IMG/VR virus record: IMGVR_UViG_3300037840_000097
Span: 1 to 62,498 of that record
Direction: 5' to 3' (one strand)
Source: a virus
Lineage: Duplodnaviria > Caudoviricetes
DNA length: 62,498 bases
In this document: positions 1-9,883 of the stretch, in pieces
Layout of the letters: each line of letters begins with the position of its first letter
Position numbering within the stretch: the stretch's first letter is position 1
The notes under the pieces: generated by a model
Seen by the model: the letters and a program-made list of their open reading frames with translations, nothing else
What the model was told of the DNA's origin: nothing
Database searches by the model: none
Made by a program: the position numbers and the translations under genes

Positions 1-535
1 TACCACTGTAGGCAGATTGAAATGTTGAAGTGACCCCTGCAGGTTGTAACGGATCGTCTACCACAGACGGCATTGCTGTAATACCATTATTTAAAAATGT
101 TTGAGTGCTAACATCAAAATTAGGGTTGATATCAGTAGCAGAGATAGGGGTATTAGAATTAGCAGTGTCAATAACAATCAACGAAATCGTATACTCGATC
201 TCTAGTTGATGTTTAACTTTAGCTTCAACTTTTTGTACTAGCACATCATACTGGAGTGGTCCGTACTGAAACTTAACAGGTTGAGTCTTTGTCCCTAACC
301 GTTCAATTTGCTGATATCTAGTAAGAGCATTACCACCAAATAAAATACCAGTCCATTCCGTAGCAGTTGGGAACACACCCAAAACGTGAGGTACAACTTG
401 TGACTTCCCAGATTGACTAAGAAGTTTATGTGTAACTACTTGTTTCTCAAAACCCACCGAAAATTCTGCTGGAACTTCAAATTTAGTGAGTTCCACATCA
501 CCTATCTGAAAAGTGTATGTTAGAGGAATTGCCAC
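1..535 (-). CDS. Tail tube initiator / baseplate hub-like protein (P2 gpU-like), truncated by window edge
   Basis: GTG at 535 directly after the tape measure stop; my translation MAIPLTYTFQIGDVELTKFEVPAEFSVGFEKQVVTHKL...EWTGILFG...YTISL fits tube-fold proteins found after TMPs; not in ORF track. Confidence 0.6.
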   Translation of the reverse strand, partial: MAIPLTYTFQIGDVELTKFEVPAEFSVGFEKQVVTHKLLSQSGKSQVVPHVLGVFPTATEWTGILFGGNALTRYQQIERLGTKTQPVKFQYGPLQYDVLVQKVEAKVKHQLEIEYTISLIVIDTANSNTPISATDINPNFDVSTQTFLNNGITAMPSVVDDPLQPAGVTSTFQSAYSG

Positions 536-3160
536 TTAAGCTGTTCCTGCTAACGCATGGGGACGACCAGGAACTCCAGTCCCACCTGGAGATATCAACA
601 AGGCAGTCTTCAGTGCCTTGATAGTGCCTTTGTGGGCAGCTTCAAGAATTTTCTTGTGATCAGCCGTAGTTCCACCTGTTACATTTATCTCATTGTGAAT
701 GGTAATAGGGTGTACCAGTGCTTCAGCACGTGAGCGAGCCATCATATCTTGACGAGTGAGAGGAATTGTAGTTACTTGATGAGTGACAACCGGGGGTTGT
801 GGATGATGTTTATTCCACATGAACTGGCGATACTCTAATGACGACATGAGATGAGGTGCCGGTTGTACTGAATGAGGCGAAGTTCCGCCTTCAAAGAGAG
901 GCTTCTTCCCTAAGTCTTTACGCACTTCATCGATGAATGTTTTAGTCCAATCAATAACTTCCCAGGGATGAGTAAATAACTCCCAGAGAAGTTTTACTAA
1001 CTTCACGAATTCATCAAGTAACCACTTAAACAGATCCACTACAAGGTCCTTAATCACTACTATAATGACTCCAGTAACCTTGATGATGTCTGCAACGATA
1101 TCAGCCACGCTCTTAGGGTGCTTACTGAACCAGTCTACAGCGTCAATAGCTAAAGTAACCCACCCAACAAGCCCAAGAAACCTAGGGGCAAGAGTTTCTA
1201 GTAACCTGCCAAAGACTTCAAAATAACCTAGAAAGGGTTTGAACCAAACCATCGCGTCCACAGCTATGTTACTACCTGCACGGCCCCACATTGCAGTTTG
1301 AGCTCCCTGAGTCACTCTACCAGCAGCGTCTCTAGTAACTCCACGTCCAAACAGTCCTTCTCTCAACCAGGTAATGTCATCACCCATAGCTCCAAGCAAC
1401 CCTTGCTTTGCTGCTCCACCCACTACAAATCGTCCAGTTGCACTTCTAACCTGAGGTCTACCGAATAACCCAAGCAATAGACCATCAAATACCCCACCAA
1501 AATTTGCCACGCTACCAACTGATTTAGCTAGGTTAGGCACCGCAGCCGCGATAACAGCTTCGCCCCCCGCGCCAAGGCCCGCGCGAGCGAGTCCGATCGC
1601 TCCGGCACCCGCTAAAACCGCGCCGCTAACGGTTGCTAAAAGACCGAGCGCGCCGATCGCGGTTCCGATTTGAGCGGCGGCTTGAGGATGGGCCATGTTG
1701 AAGTCAATTATCTTTTGCAAGAATCCATTCAACATAGTTAGAATCTTCAAAACGGTGTCTAAAGGTCCGCCTTTAATAGCTGTACCTGTTGCAATATCTA
1801 CACCACCAAACTGAAGGAGAAGGTTCTGTAGAGCTGCATCCATTTTATGCTGCTGACCGACTAGAGTGGATCGAATCTGAGACACTAGTTGCGCTAAGTC
1901 CTGTTGAGTATGAACTTGTTCTTGGAAATTTAACAGTGAGCTGGTGAAACCAAATGCTTTTTGCTGTTCGGGTGACAAATCACGAGCAGACAAAATATAA
2001 GCACCACGTGCTCCTCGAAGGTTTAGTAGTGTAGCAAAGTCCGCTGCATACATATCAGCGCCTTTCTGCTTCCCAAACTCTTTTTCATACTTAATAATGT
2101 TATCTGTTAAAAAGTTAGAAATACCTTCAAGCCCGTGCTGCCTATAAGCATCCAGAAATTTATTAGGAGCAGTTTGAAGAATAGCTGAAGAAGCAAGTCT
2201 TTCCTGTTGAGCCTTCGTCATGGTATCAAGGTCATAAGGTAATCCAAGTTTTTTCAGTTGATCAGCTTCTTGAATTACCATGGCTCTTGCCTTAGCAGGA
2301 TCCACATGACCTAACACACCTAGCCGAGATGCAGCTAATAATTTCTGCGAAATATTGTCAGACGTCATACCCTTGGCTATGTTAAGCATAGGTAAAAACA
2401 AATTATTGAGTGAAGTACCTGCCGATGCAGGTCCCATACCCATTCTAGACATGAACGCAGACAGAACTACAAAATCATCCGGCTTAATCCCGATAGTTCG
2501 AGCTAAGTTTCCAAAGTACTGCTCAGAATACCTTAAATCTGTGGAAGAGAAATGCCCTGTGGTATGTTCTGCCTTAGATACGGTATTCAAGAAGTCGTAT
2601 GCTGCTTCTCCATAGAGTCCATATGCCTTCATTACCGAAGCAAGATTTGCAGCAGTACCTTGAGGTGTCCCAGGTCCCACTTTACGCATTTTCTCAGCTT
2701 CAGCTAGAAAGGTAACAGCATCCCCCAGCGCATATCCACTTTTACCCTTGCGTGTCGCCTCATCAGAAAGAAACCCAGCGCCCAACAATTGACGTTGAAT
2801 CTGTGTGATGTCTTCCATACTAAAAATTGTAGATTTAGTGCCACTTGTTAATTCAAATCGTTGAGTAGCTAAAGCTTGAAGATTTTGGGGAGTAACCTTA
2901 TTACCCATGGACTGAGTAAGCATCACCATCTGCTGCTGATAACTACCCGCAGCTTCCGCCATCTGAGCAAACAAATTAAGAGATGTCTTCCCAAAATCCA
3001 TCAAAGCAACACCACCTGCTACTTTAAGGGTATTCAGAGCAGTGTTTAACTTTTGAGTGCTCATATGAGCTTGGTTAACAGCATTAGTAAGCGACATGAA
3101 GCCGCTACCCGTTAAATTAACAGCAGAAAACTGAAGGAGTACCCGCCAGGTACTAGCCAC
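536..3160 (-). CDS. Tail tape measure protein
   Basis: 874 aa, Ala/Gly-rich and helical; TP901-type core (AGTSLNNL); hydrophobic C-terminal segments; position after tube and chaperones. Confidence 0.9.
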   Translation of the reverse strand: MASTWRVLLQFSAVNLTGSGFMSLTNAVNQAHMSTQKLNTALNTLKVAGGVALMDFGKTSLNLFAQMAEAAGSYQQQMVMLTQSMGNKVTPQNLQALATQRFELTSGTKSTIFSMEDITQIQRQLLGAGFLSDEATRKGKSGYALGDAVTFLAEAEKMRKVGPGTPQGTAANLASVMKAYGLYGEAAYDFLNTVSKAEHTTGHFSSTDLRYSEQYFGNLARTIGIKPDDFVVLSAFMSRMGMGPASAGTSLNNLFLPMLNIAKGMTSDNISQKLLAASRLGVLGHVDPAKARAMVIQEADQLKKLGLPYDLDTMTKAQQERLASSAILQTAPNKFLDAYRQHGLEGISNFLTDNIIKYEKEFGKQKGADMYAADFATLLNLRGARGAYILSARDLSPEQQKAFGFTSSLLNFQEQVHTQQDLAQLVSQIRSTLVGQQHKMDAALQNLLLQFGGVDIATGTAIKGGPLDTVLKILTMLNGFLQKIIDFNMAHPQAAAQIGTAIGALGLLATVSGAVLAGAGAIGLARAGLGAGGEAVIAAAVPNLAKSVGSVANFGGVFDGLLLGLFGRPQVRSATGRFVVGGAAKQGLLGAMGDDITWLREGLFGRGVTRDAAGRVTQGAQTAMWGRAGSNIAVDAMVWFKPFLGYFEVFGRLLETLAPRFLGLVGWVTLAIDAVDWFSKHPKSVADIVADIIKVTGVIIVVIKDLVVDLFKWLLDEFVKLVKLLWELFTHPWEVIDWTKTFIDEVRKDLGKKPLFEGGTSPHSVQPAPHLMSSLEYRQFMWNKHHPQPPVVTHQVTTIPLTRQDMMARSRAEALVHPITIHNEINVTGGTTADHKKILEAAHKGTIKALKTALLISPGGTGVPGRPHALAGTA

Positions 3161-3704
3161 CAGTTACTTCTTCCTGTTCATCAACAGTCTGACTTATACG
3201 AAGACGCCGACCATTCAGCATCCACTCTATCCAGACATCCCCGGCGATACTCCGAGCCTTATCTTGAGCTAATATTAGTGCAGGACCAATGACGGCCCGC
3301 TGAGGAACATGTTCAGTACCCTCTTCATGTGCTTGAGCTTCAGGTAAATCAGAACCAAGCTCAACTGAGAAACTTTCAGTTACTTGAAGTTTATAACTAT
3401 CACGCAAGTCTCCACGCTCAAGCAAGGGATCGTCCTCCGGGTTGATACCTCGCCGCTCACGTCTTGATAGGGTTTCGTCAGAGAGTTCTTCCCATGCTGG
3501 AAACTCTCCAATTTCTGGTTGATAGTTTCCTGGTAAAGAGCGTGCAGTTTCCAAAACCGCATTACCTGCTCCAACTAGAGCATAGTTAATAGCTTCCTCA
3601 CTTCGACCCATACAATCGTTGAGAAAGATACCTAACTCAGCAAAAGAAGTAAACTCATGGTCCACTAGGCAATACCCGACCAGAATTTTTCTTCTTACGC
3701 TCAT
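3153..3704 (-). CDS. Virion morphogenesis / tail completion protein (HK97 gp10 / P2 gpS-like)
   Basis: W.ELS..T, PLLERGDLRDS and HEEGTEHVPQRAVIGPA motifs. Confidence 0.75.
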   Translation of the reverse strand: MSVRRKILVGYCLVDHEFTSFAELGIFLNDCMGRSEEAINYALVGAGNAVLETARSLPGNYQPEIGEFPAWEELSDETLSRRERRGINPEDDPLLERGDLRDSYKLQVTESFSVELGSDLPEAQAHEEGTEHVPQRAVIGPALILAQDKARSIAGDVWIEWMLNGRRLRISQTVDEQEEVTGG

Positions 3705-3876
3705 CCAGGGTGGACTGCCAAATCCCTAGTGTAACTGACCCAGACTCATCTTCCTCTTCGTAGTCCCACACAAACTTATCTCCCTGCATCTCACCTTTTA
3801 TGATGCCTATAGCGCTGAGAGTTGCTTCATCCATGAGTTGTGTTTCAGACCAAGTAGGATTAGCAATGGCAGCCAT
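3655..3876 (-). CDS. Probable tail assembly chaperone extension (gpT-like)
   Basis: Short ORF just downstream of the chaperone, in the -1 frame and open back into the chaperone 3' end. Confidence 0.5.
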   Translation of the reverse strand: MAAIANPTWSETQLMDEATLSAIGIIKGEMQGDKFVWDYEEEDESGSVTLGIWQSTLDERKKKNSGRVLPSGP

Positions 3877-3899
3877 TGCTACGAAACCTGGATCAGTGG

Positions 3900-4352
3900 T
3901 CAGTCCCTGAGTCTCTCCAACTTTTCACGTGCTAGAGGTAGCGTAGCTTGTCTAATATGCTCCCGAGTTGCATCCTCAGACATACCAGCTTCCATGGCTT
4001 CAAGGACCGCAGTAGCTGCAATACGAGTAGCTTCTGGCATGGTAAGCTTTTGCCACTTCTCCATAAATTCATCCAAGTCGTCTTCAGACTTGAATCTAGC
4101 AAGCATACCTAAAAATTGCCCTTTGCTTCCTAAGGGTGACGGAGGCCCTCCATCCCACCGCCGAATACTTAAAAAAGCCCGGCCAATCTCTGTGAATTCT
4201 GTGTCTTTGATATAATCATCTAGTAAAGCTCGTAACTTCACTCGAATGATACCAACCGGCTTGCCAACTGTGATCGTAACCCCATCAATTAACTTGTGTG
4301 TAAACGTAGGGTCATTGATATCAACTTCTGGTACTATTTCCGTTGTGGACAT
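3900..4352 (-). CDS. Tail assembly chaperone (gpG-like)
   Basis: 150 aa, between tube and tape measure; strong AGGAG RBS. Confidence 0.7.
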   Translation of the reverse strand: MSTTEIVPEVDINDPTFTHKLIDGVTITVGKPVGIIRVKLRALLDDYIKDTEFTEIGRAFLSIRRWDGGPPSPLGSKGQFLGMLARFKSEDDLDEFMEKWQKLTMPEATRIAATAVLEAMEAGMSEDATREHIRQATLPLAREKLERLRD

Positions 4353-4367
4353 GCTTCTCCTTCTAGG

Positions 4368-4844
4368 TTATGCTAGTGCTGATCCCCCAAACCCAGGCGT
4401 CGCACTCGTCATGGCTTGACGCAAGGGGAAGAATAATTTGAACGTACCCGTAACATCTTCGTTACCCTTAAACGAGCCACTGTCAGTAGGATACACAATT
4501 CCATTGATATACTGATATATATCAACAGACCCATCGTCGTTACGGACAGTTTGCTGCATAGACACATCAATGTCAGGATTACCAGCCACATAGTTGTCCT
4601 GAACGAACTGAGCAACCGCATCAGGAATCCCATCTTGCCGGTAGTATTGGATCGTAACATCCCAGCCGTTGAACACGGGCCGTGCAACTGTAATTCCACC
4701 ATTATTAGTAGGAACCACCTTTCGCTCGGTGTACTGCGGTTGGATATGGGTATCATAGTGCAGGTCAAACTGTTGAATTACTTGACCGTTCAGAGTAATA
4801 CTTACAGTGAGATCCCGCCCTAGATTTTGTTTGTGCTGACTCAT
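4368..4844 (-). CDS. Tail tube protein
   Basis: 158 aa, beta-rich, directly after the sheath gene. Confidence 0.8.
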   Translation of the reverse strand: MSQHKQNLGRDLTVSITLNGQVIQQFDLHYDTHIQPQYTERKVVPTNNGGITVARPVFNGWDVTIQYYRQDGIPDAVAQFVQDNYVAGNPDIDVSMQQTVRNDDGSVDIYQYINGIVYPTDSGSFKGNEDVTGTFKLFFPLRQAMTSATPGFGGSALA

Positions 4845-4857
4845 TGTTTACCTTTCC

Positions 4858-6405
4858 TTAGAGGGAACCGGAATGAGCTGTAGTAGTCTGAACAGTTACC
4901 GTTTGACCAGCTGTCAGGTTAATGAGGAACTTGTTCACGATAGCCAAGTATTGAACAGTCACGTCAGCCTGTAGAATACCAATTTTGATATTTGCTACCG
5001 GGTTATTGCTTAAATCACACTGAGCATAGAACGCATTAATTGCAACGCCTACAAGTGGTCCCAAGTAGGAATTAAATGCATTCCGAACTGCCTCACGCAG
5101 GGGATCGTTAGGTAATATAGACTGAGGCTGGTCTACAAACTGACCCATCACAGTGCTTGAGAAAGCACGCGACAAGCTGTTCGTCATTCGAGTGTAAGCA
5201 ATTTCACCAGTCGCAAAGCTGCTGGAATTACCTGAATTCTTTCCATGACGGATACCTAGCGCGTTCGCCCCAGGAATCGGTAGAGCAACAAAATCAATTC
5301 CAATCGTTTCAAGAGCAGCTTCATCGGCATTACTATGAGGTTGAGCAGAAGGCCCATAGGTTTTATCCGTACCCAGAATTCCATACACTGGAGTATTACC
5401 AGGCGACTCCCAGGGTGCATTACTGCAGCAAATACCGGCCAAGATACACGCAGGAGCCAAATACACGTTGGAATTTAGATACGAATCAAAGTAGACCAAA
5501 TGATCCACCATGATAGACAACCAAGGACTTGACACACCTGCCGAATTAACAGCCGTGACAGCTGCCCCTGCTTGGGTATTAATTGGCAGTGACCCAATTG
5601 CCATGCACGTTTCTGACAGGGCAAAAGTCAACATAGTTGACCATGAAGTAGTATCTGTACATCCAGCAAGCCAGAAGACATCCATACCCATTTTACGCAG
5701 GGCATACATGCCTGTACGTGAACCACCACTACCATCTACGCCCAGAAGGTTAGCAGTTGTGATGCTCGCAACACCATCAAGACCACCCGTGAGAGTAGCA
5801 GTTGTAGCTGCTGTAAGCTCCACAGACGAAGGACCCTTTGCTGCAACAATATACTTACTAGCTGGAACGTTTGCAGTGCCAGTGTTTATTGCAGCCACCG
5901 CCGCAAGAGCAGATCCAGTGGTTGGTATATTGTCAAAAATTTCGTTCGTGTATGTACCTGGCTGAACAATGATCTTTAATGTACTTGGTTTACTACCAGC
6001 AACAATTGACACAATGATATTGTTACCGAAAGAACCAGTCCATAAAGCTGTCAAGCTCAAAATGACAGTAGGAACAGTGTCCTTAAAAGAACCTGTAGCA
6101 GCAGCTTGAGTTCCATCTCCAACCCGAGTAGCCACCAAACCACCCTGGGGCTGTTGGGCAAGGAAAATAGCTCCCTCATTCACCAAGGGTGAGGGGTTAC
6201 TAGCAAGAGGAAATCCAAACGTAGACAAAAGTTGAGTGACTGAGTTAATGTTCTGTGCAACATTCAGTGGTCCCCAAGAACCCCCACCCACAACTCCACC
6301 TGTGAGTGTGGCACCTCCAGCTGCAATGACAGGTTGGGGAGGTTTGACAACCACCCAAACATTATCTGCCCCTACTAGCCCAGCTGCTCCATATGCTATA
6401 GGCAT
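4858..6405 (-). CDS. Tail sheath protein
   Basis: 515 aa; GVVG...WGPLN N-terminus, LTGGLDG, TGMYAL, C-terminal CDLSNNP...G.L.ADV.V. Confidence 0.92.
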   Translation of the reverse strand: MPIAYGAAGLVGADNVWVVVKPPQPVIAAGGATLTGGVVGGGSWGPLNVAQNINSVTQLLSTFGFPLASNPSPLVNEGAIFLAQQPQGGLVATRVGDGTQAAATGSFKDTVPTVILSLTALWTGSFGNNIIVSIVAGSKPSTLKIIVQPGTYTNEIFDNIPTTGSALAAVAAINTGTANVPASKYIVAAKGPSSVELTAATTATLTGGLDGVASITTANLLGVDGSGGSRTGMYALRKMGMDVFWLAGCTDTTSWSTMLTFALSETCMAIGSLPINTQAGAAVTAVNSAGVSSPWLSIMVDHLVYFDSYLNSNVYLAPACILAGICCSNAPWESPGNTPVYGILGTDKTYGPSAQPHSNADEAALETIGIDFVALPIPGANALGIRHGKNSGNSSSFATGEIAYTRMTNSLSRAFSSTVMGQFVDQPQSILPNDPLREAVRNAFNSYLGPLVGVAINAFYAQCDLSNNPVANIKIGILQADVTVQYLAIVNKFLINLTAGQTVTVQTTTAHSGSL

Positions 6406-6560
6406 TACTTACCTTCCTTCATCTCTTTGAAAGTGAGTTGTTTTGTAGGTTCAGAAACGTTTGTAGGTACGAAGAAACGCATAACGTTTTCGGGAACCTC
6501 AGTTAATTCTTGCCCCTTGTAATAAGGAGGAACACTTTGAGTACAAACATACACAATCAT
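6405..6560 (-). CDS. Small hypothetical protein (51 aa)
   Basis: MIVYVCTQSVPPYYKGQEL...KEGK; overlaps both neighbours at stop/start junctions; below ORF-track cutoff. Confidence 0.6.
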   Translation of the reverse strand: MIVYVCTQSVPPYYKGQELTEVPENVMRFFVPTNVSEPTKQLTFKEMKEGK

Positions 6561-7186
6561 AGCTGATTCACCAACGTAGTTTTCACTACTCCTCCTGAAG
6601 GGTTAATATTTGTAATAGTTTCAACCACTGTTGTTACAGGTACTCCAAGAACCTCGGTAAAGTCTGCATCGAAAGTGAATGTACGTACATACACAGAGTC
6701 CGACTGCTCATAATCCTCGCTCTCTTGTTTTACATACTTGAAGAGAGTAAGAGTTCCATCAGCATGTCGTAAACGGTAATTGTCTCCTAGATTGAGTCGC
6801 AAAAGTTGAGCTATAGATTGACGACTGTCTTTGCTATAAGCCCATACTTGGACGGCTATGCGTTTCTTCTCCCGGCCTATTTCGACATATTCGGTTCCGG
6901 AAGCAGGAGTACCTGTACCTAACGTAATTTGTTCAGGCCCTCGATTAATGAAAGGAAACACGGTGCCTTGCTTCAAATCAAACACTGACACTTGAGTAAG
7001 TTTATTCTCAAGTCTCTTCATGACATGCTGCTGAATCGGGTACCCAGCAGCTATGAGAGTAGCAGGAATTACACCAGCAGTCTGCGCTGTGTTAGGAAAC
7101 AAGAAAGGTATATTAGGCTGGTAAGGTGCAAGCCAAGTATTTATTTGAGCCGCAGTGTCATCCATCACTTGGTCAAGGTCGGCCAT
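6557..7186 (-). CDS. Tail terminator / neck protein
   Basis: Position before sheath; VQVWA motif; MADL start at 7186. Confidence 0.65.
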   Translation of the reverse strand: MADLDQVMDDTAAQINTWLAPYQPNIPFLFPNTAQTAGVIPATLIAAGYPIQQHVMKRLENKLTQVSVFDLKQGTVFPFINRGPEQITLGTGTPASGTEYVEIGREKKRIAVQVWAYSKDSRQSIAQLLRLNLGDNYRLRHADGTLTLFKYVKQESEDYEQSDSVYVRTFTFDADFTEVLGVPVTTVVETITNINPSGGVVKTTLVNQL

Positions 7187-7586
7187 CGTCGCCCCCAACC
7201 AATTGCTTTTGATTTATCAAACTTAGCATAGCGGCTAAGAACCACTCATCTGGGAATGGTTTTACTAGGAGATAGTCAGCTCCTACCAAATAAGGATCTG
7301 ATACAGCTTTTTGCCCCATAGATGTGATAAGAACAATCTTCACGGAGGAACTCAATGCTCTAATAGCACGAGCAGCATCAACTCCGGTCATGTTCTTCAT
7401 GACAATATCCAAAATTACTACTTGAGGTGTGAGCAAGGGATAATATTTTACAGCGTCTACCCCACTGTCATAATTCCCAAGTATAATCATTCCAAATTTA
7501 ATAGCAACAGCAGCATTACGATCTCGCTGTTGAGGCGAATCGTCTGCCATGATGACAGTTACACCTTTTAAATACTGCTGTTGGAT
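7173..7586 (-). CDS. Single-domain response regulator receiver (CheY-like)
   Basis: ADD acidic pair, VVILDIVM phosphoacceptor Asp, ITS, GADYLLVKPF; ATG at 7550, probable ATC start at 7586. Confidence 0.85.
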   Translation of the reverse strand: MQQQYLKGVTVIMADDSPQQRDRNAAVAIKFGMIILGNYDSGVDAVKYYPLLTPQVVILDIVMKNMTGVDAARAIRALSSSVKIVLITSMGQKAVSDPYLVGADYLLVKPFPDEWFLAAMLSLINQKQLVGGDDGRP

Positions 7587-7915
7587 ACTAGTCTCTCCGC
7601 AATTTTAAATTCATGTTCGTCAAGTAATGGTTGGATTAGCTCCGCATAGTCACGTTCTATTTGTGTGACTTCTTTAATTAGTTGATCCTCTGCATCTTGA
7701 TCTCGCCATTTATACAGATATCCACGTAACATCTCTCCGTTACGTCCCATTTTAGAAACTTTATCAAGATATTTTGGAGGAGTGTTAATAGCTTCTGCAA
7801 AACGAACTTCAGCTTCAAGGATTGCATTGCGCATCCATTCTCCATGAGGTGCACATTTTTCTGCAAATTCTTTTGTAAGATCTTCAATAAGATCCAAGTA
7901 TTCTTGACCATTCAT
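7568..7915 (-). CDS. Hypothetical helical protein
   Basis: 115 aa, coupled to upstream gene (ATGA overlap). Confidence 0.6.
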   Translation of the reverse strand: MNGQEYLDLIEDLTKEFAEKCAPHGEWMRNAILEAEVRFAEAINTPPKYLDKVSKMGRNGEMLRGYLYKWRDQDAEDQLIKEVTQIERDYAELIQPLLDEHEFKIAERLVSNSSI

Positions 7916-8682
7916 ACGAAGAGACTCTCAGCAATTAACATGTAACCCTGTAACCCTACACTATATGTGGAAATCGTTTGTATCATATACCGATTACCGT
8001 TCTGATCTGATATAGTGTCTCCTGGCTCAATATATAAACCAGGTAACAAAGGCACATACGAAAACATTTCAACACGATGTGTTGTAGTAGGTTGCTGAAT
8101 TTTTGGAGAAGGTCCTAATCTCTTGTATGGTTGTAACCCAAGTGGAATAACAGCAGGGCTCAAAAATCCGTTGGGTGTACCAATGTAATAGTACCCATCG
8201 TTAAGAATATACGGGCGCTCAGTAGTTTTACCGGCTCCTTGGTAATCAACTAAACCTAGAAGTTGTTCAGAGTCTCCCTTACCCCAAGGTCTAGAAATAT
8301 TACCTTCAACTTCCGTACGAATGAAAGTATTATATGACAACGGACGTAATTGAGCTAAAGTGAACATCTCATTCGTTTTACGATGACGTCCTACCCTAAC
8401 AGCTACATCACCTACTTTGAGATCTGTAGCATCACACATGCCTGTGTAAATCATGTCATAGATGTTAGTTTGCTCAATGGCTATTGCGGCATTTGTCTTT
8501 ACCATACGTATAGGGAAGGAGCACAAAATCTTATTAGGTTCGTTAAGCATAGAACCCTGCGTAGGTTCGCGCCCATCTAAACCATCGGATAGTCGATAGA
8601 TATCATAAGGCTCGCCAATAATTTCAGCAGCCCTACCTCTGCCATACTGGACAACGTCATCCAGTGCAGCGTAGTCTATCAT
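7912..8682 (-). CDS. Head closure / stopper-like protein
   Basis: YGRGRAAEIIGEPYDIYR; C-terminal PGDTISDQNGNRYMI; neck position. Confidence 0.6.
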   Translation of the reverse strand: MIDYAALDDVVQYGRGRAAEIIGEPYDIYRLSDGLDGREPTQGSMLNEPNKILCSFPIRMVKTNAAIAIEQTNIYDMIYTGMCDATDLKVGDVAVRVGRHRKTNEMFTLAQLRPLSYNTFIRTEVEGNISRPWGKGDSEQLLGLVDYQGAGKTTERPYILNDGYYYIGTPNGFLSPAVIPLGLQPYKRLGPSPKIQQPTTTHRVEMFSYVPLLPGLYIEPGDTISDQNGNRYMIQTISTYSVGLQGYMLIAESLFV

Positions 8683-8981
8683 ACCGAGAAGCAAACCTCC
8701 ACAGAACTACCAGCTGTAGAAAACAGTGTAACGTGATCAGCAGAACGAACAAGCTGCAGACGCTCACCAGGCATTACTACTCGATCGATTGATGTAGCCG
8801 TAGCTCCATCCATTCGAAAATTCACAAGTCCGCTACCATAATTCGTAATAATGATTTCCGTAGCAAATGTAGGACTACCACTTCCACCTCCACTTTGAAA
8901 TACAGCTGTAGCTGCCCCAGCTGCTCCGATAGAGAAGTGGTACACTTGGTCTTGGGTTGTCTTATTAAACGTTACACTCAT
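8679..8981 (-). CDS. Small beta-sandwich virion protein
   Basis: 100 aa, Gly/Thr-rich, in neck module. Confidence 0.5.
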   Translation of the reverse strand: MSVTFNKTTQDQVYHFSIGAAGAATAVFQSGGGSGSPTFATEIIITNYGSGLVNFRMDGATATSIDRVVMPGERLQLVRSADHVTLFSTAGSSVEVCFSV

Positions 8982-9787
8982 ACTTTAATCCTTCCAGATT
9001 GAGAAAGACCAAGGCGTCCTGATGGATCTGGGCCAGCATATAAGGCGTCGCCGAGCATTCTGGTATACGATCGAAATAACATGACTCGCTGGGCAAGTTC
9101 GTCTGGGCGGAATTGTGCTCCACCTTGATCCCCTTTTGCACCAGCTGAGGACAGGGATAAGTTGTTTCTTGCGTTTAAAATGTCATCCCTTAACTGTAAA
9201 CATACATTGATATACCCATACACCATAGTAGTTTGTCGAGTTACGGGATCTTTTACAGCCATAGCTGGTCGAGGATATGTATCACCATTCATAGACACAA
9301 AGAAACGCATGTTTGCGCCAGTGCTTGAGGTAGTCAAATCAAATGTGCATTTATTTGTGATTACAATCTGCCCAAATGGAGGTGCAGTTAAAGGCTGTGC
9401 ACCAGCCTGAGCATCTCCAGAGTTAGATGATCCAGCCCAAAATCCAATATTTGCAAGATTAATTGCATTGATAGTATTAAGCAGTACAGATTGACGAGGG
9501 TACTGATTAGACATGTCAGTGGAAGTTACGGTATATGGGATGGGTACGCCGTTGGTATTAATCACAAACGTCTGACCAAGTGAAGGGTCGCCTGAAGCTA
9601 TGATCACTCCTATTGGGCGACCTGTAATTACTGATTCTTCCTCCACTCCAAGATTATTCATGTAAAATTCTAGTTGCCCTACACGTCCAAGAAAACGATA
9701 CCCAGCAGTATGTCCTCCAGAGGGAACACCTGCCATAGGGACCCCTAGTAAATCTCGAATTGAAGCTTTCTCAATGAGTGTTAACAT
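8978..9787 (-). CDS. Head-tail adaptor with an inserted domain
   Basis: LT..EK..IR..LG N-terminus, LEFYMNNL...EE, C-terminal ELAQR..LF. Confidence 0.6.
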   Translation of the reverse strand: MLTLIEKASIRDLLGVPMAGVPSGGHTAGYRFLGRVGQLEFYMNNLGVEEESVITGRPIGVIIASGDPSLGQTFVINTNGVPIPYTVTSTDMSNQYPRQSVLLNTINAINLANIGFWAGSSNSGDAQAGAQPLTAPPFGQIVITNKCTFDLTTSSTGANMRFFVSMNGDTYPRPAMAVKDPVTRQTTMVYGYINVCLQLRDDILNARNNLSLSSAGAKGDQGGAQFRPDELAQRVMLFRSYTRMLGDALYAGPDPSGRLGLSQSGRIKV

Positions 9788-9883
9788 AAACCCTCTTAAA
9801 CACAACAACCACATCCAGGAGAAGCAAAGATGTGGTTGTGTATGTTGTGGTGCGGTGCATCCCTGCGCTCCACAGCTATCTGA

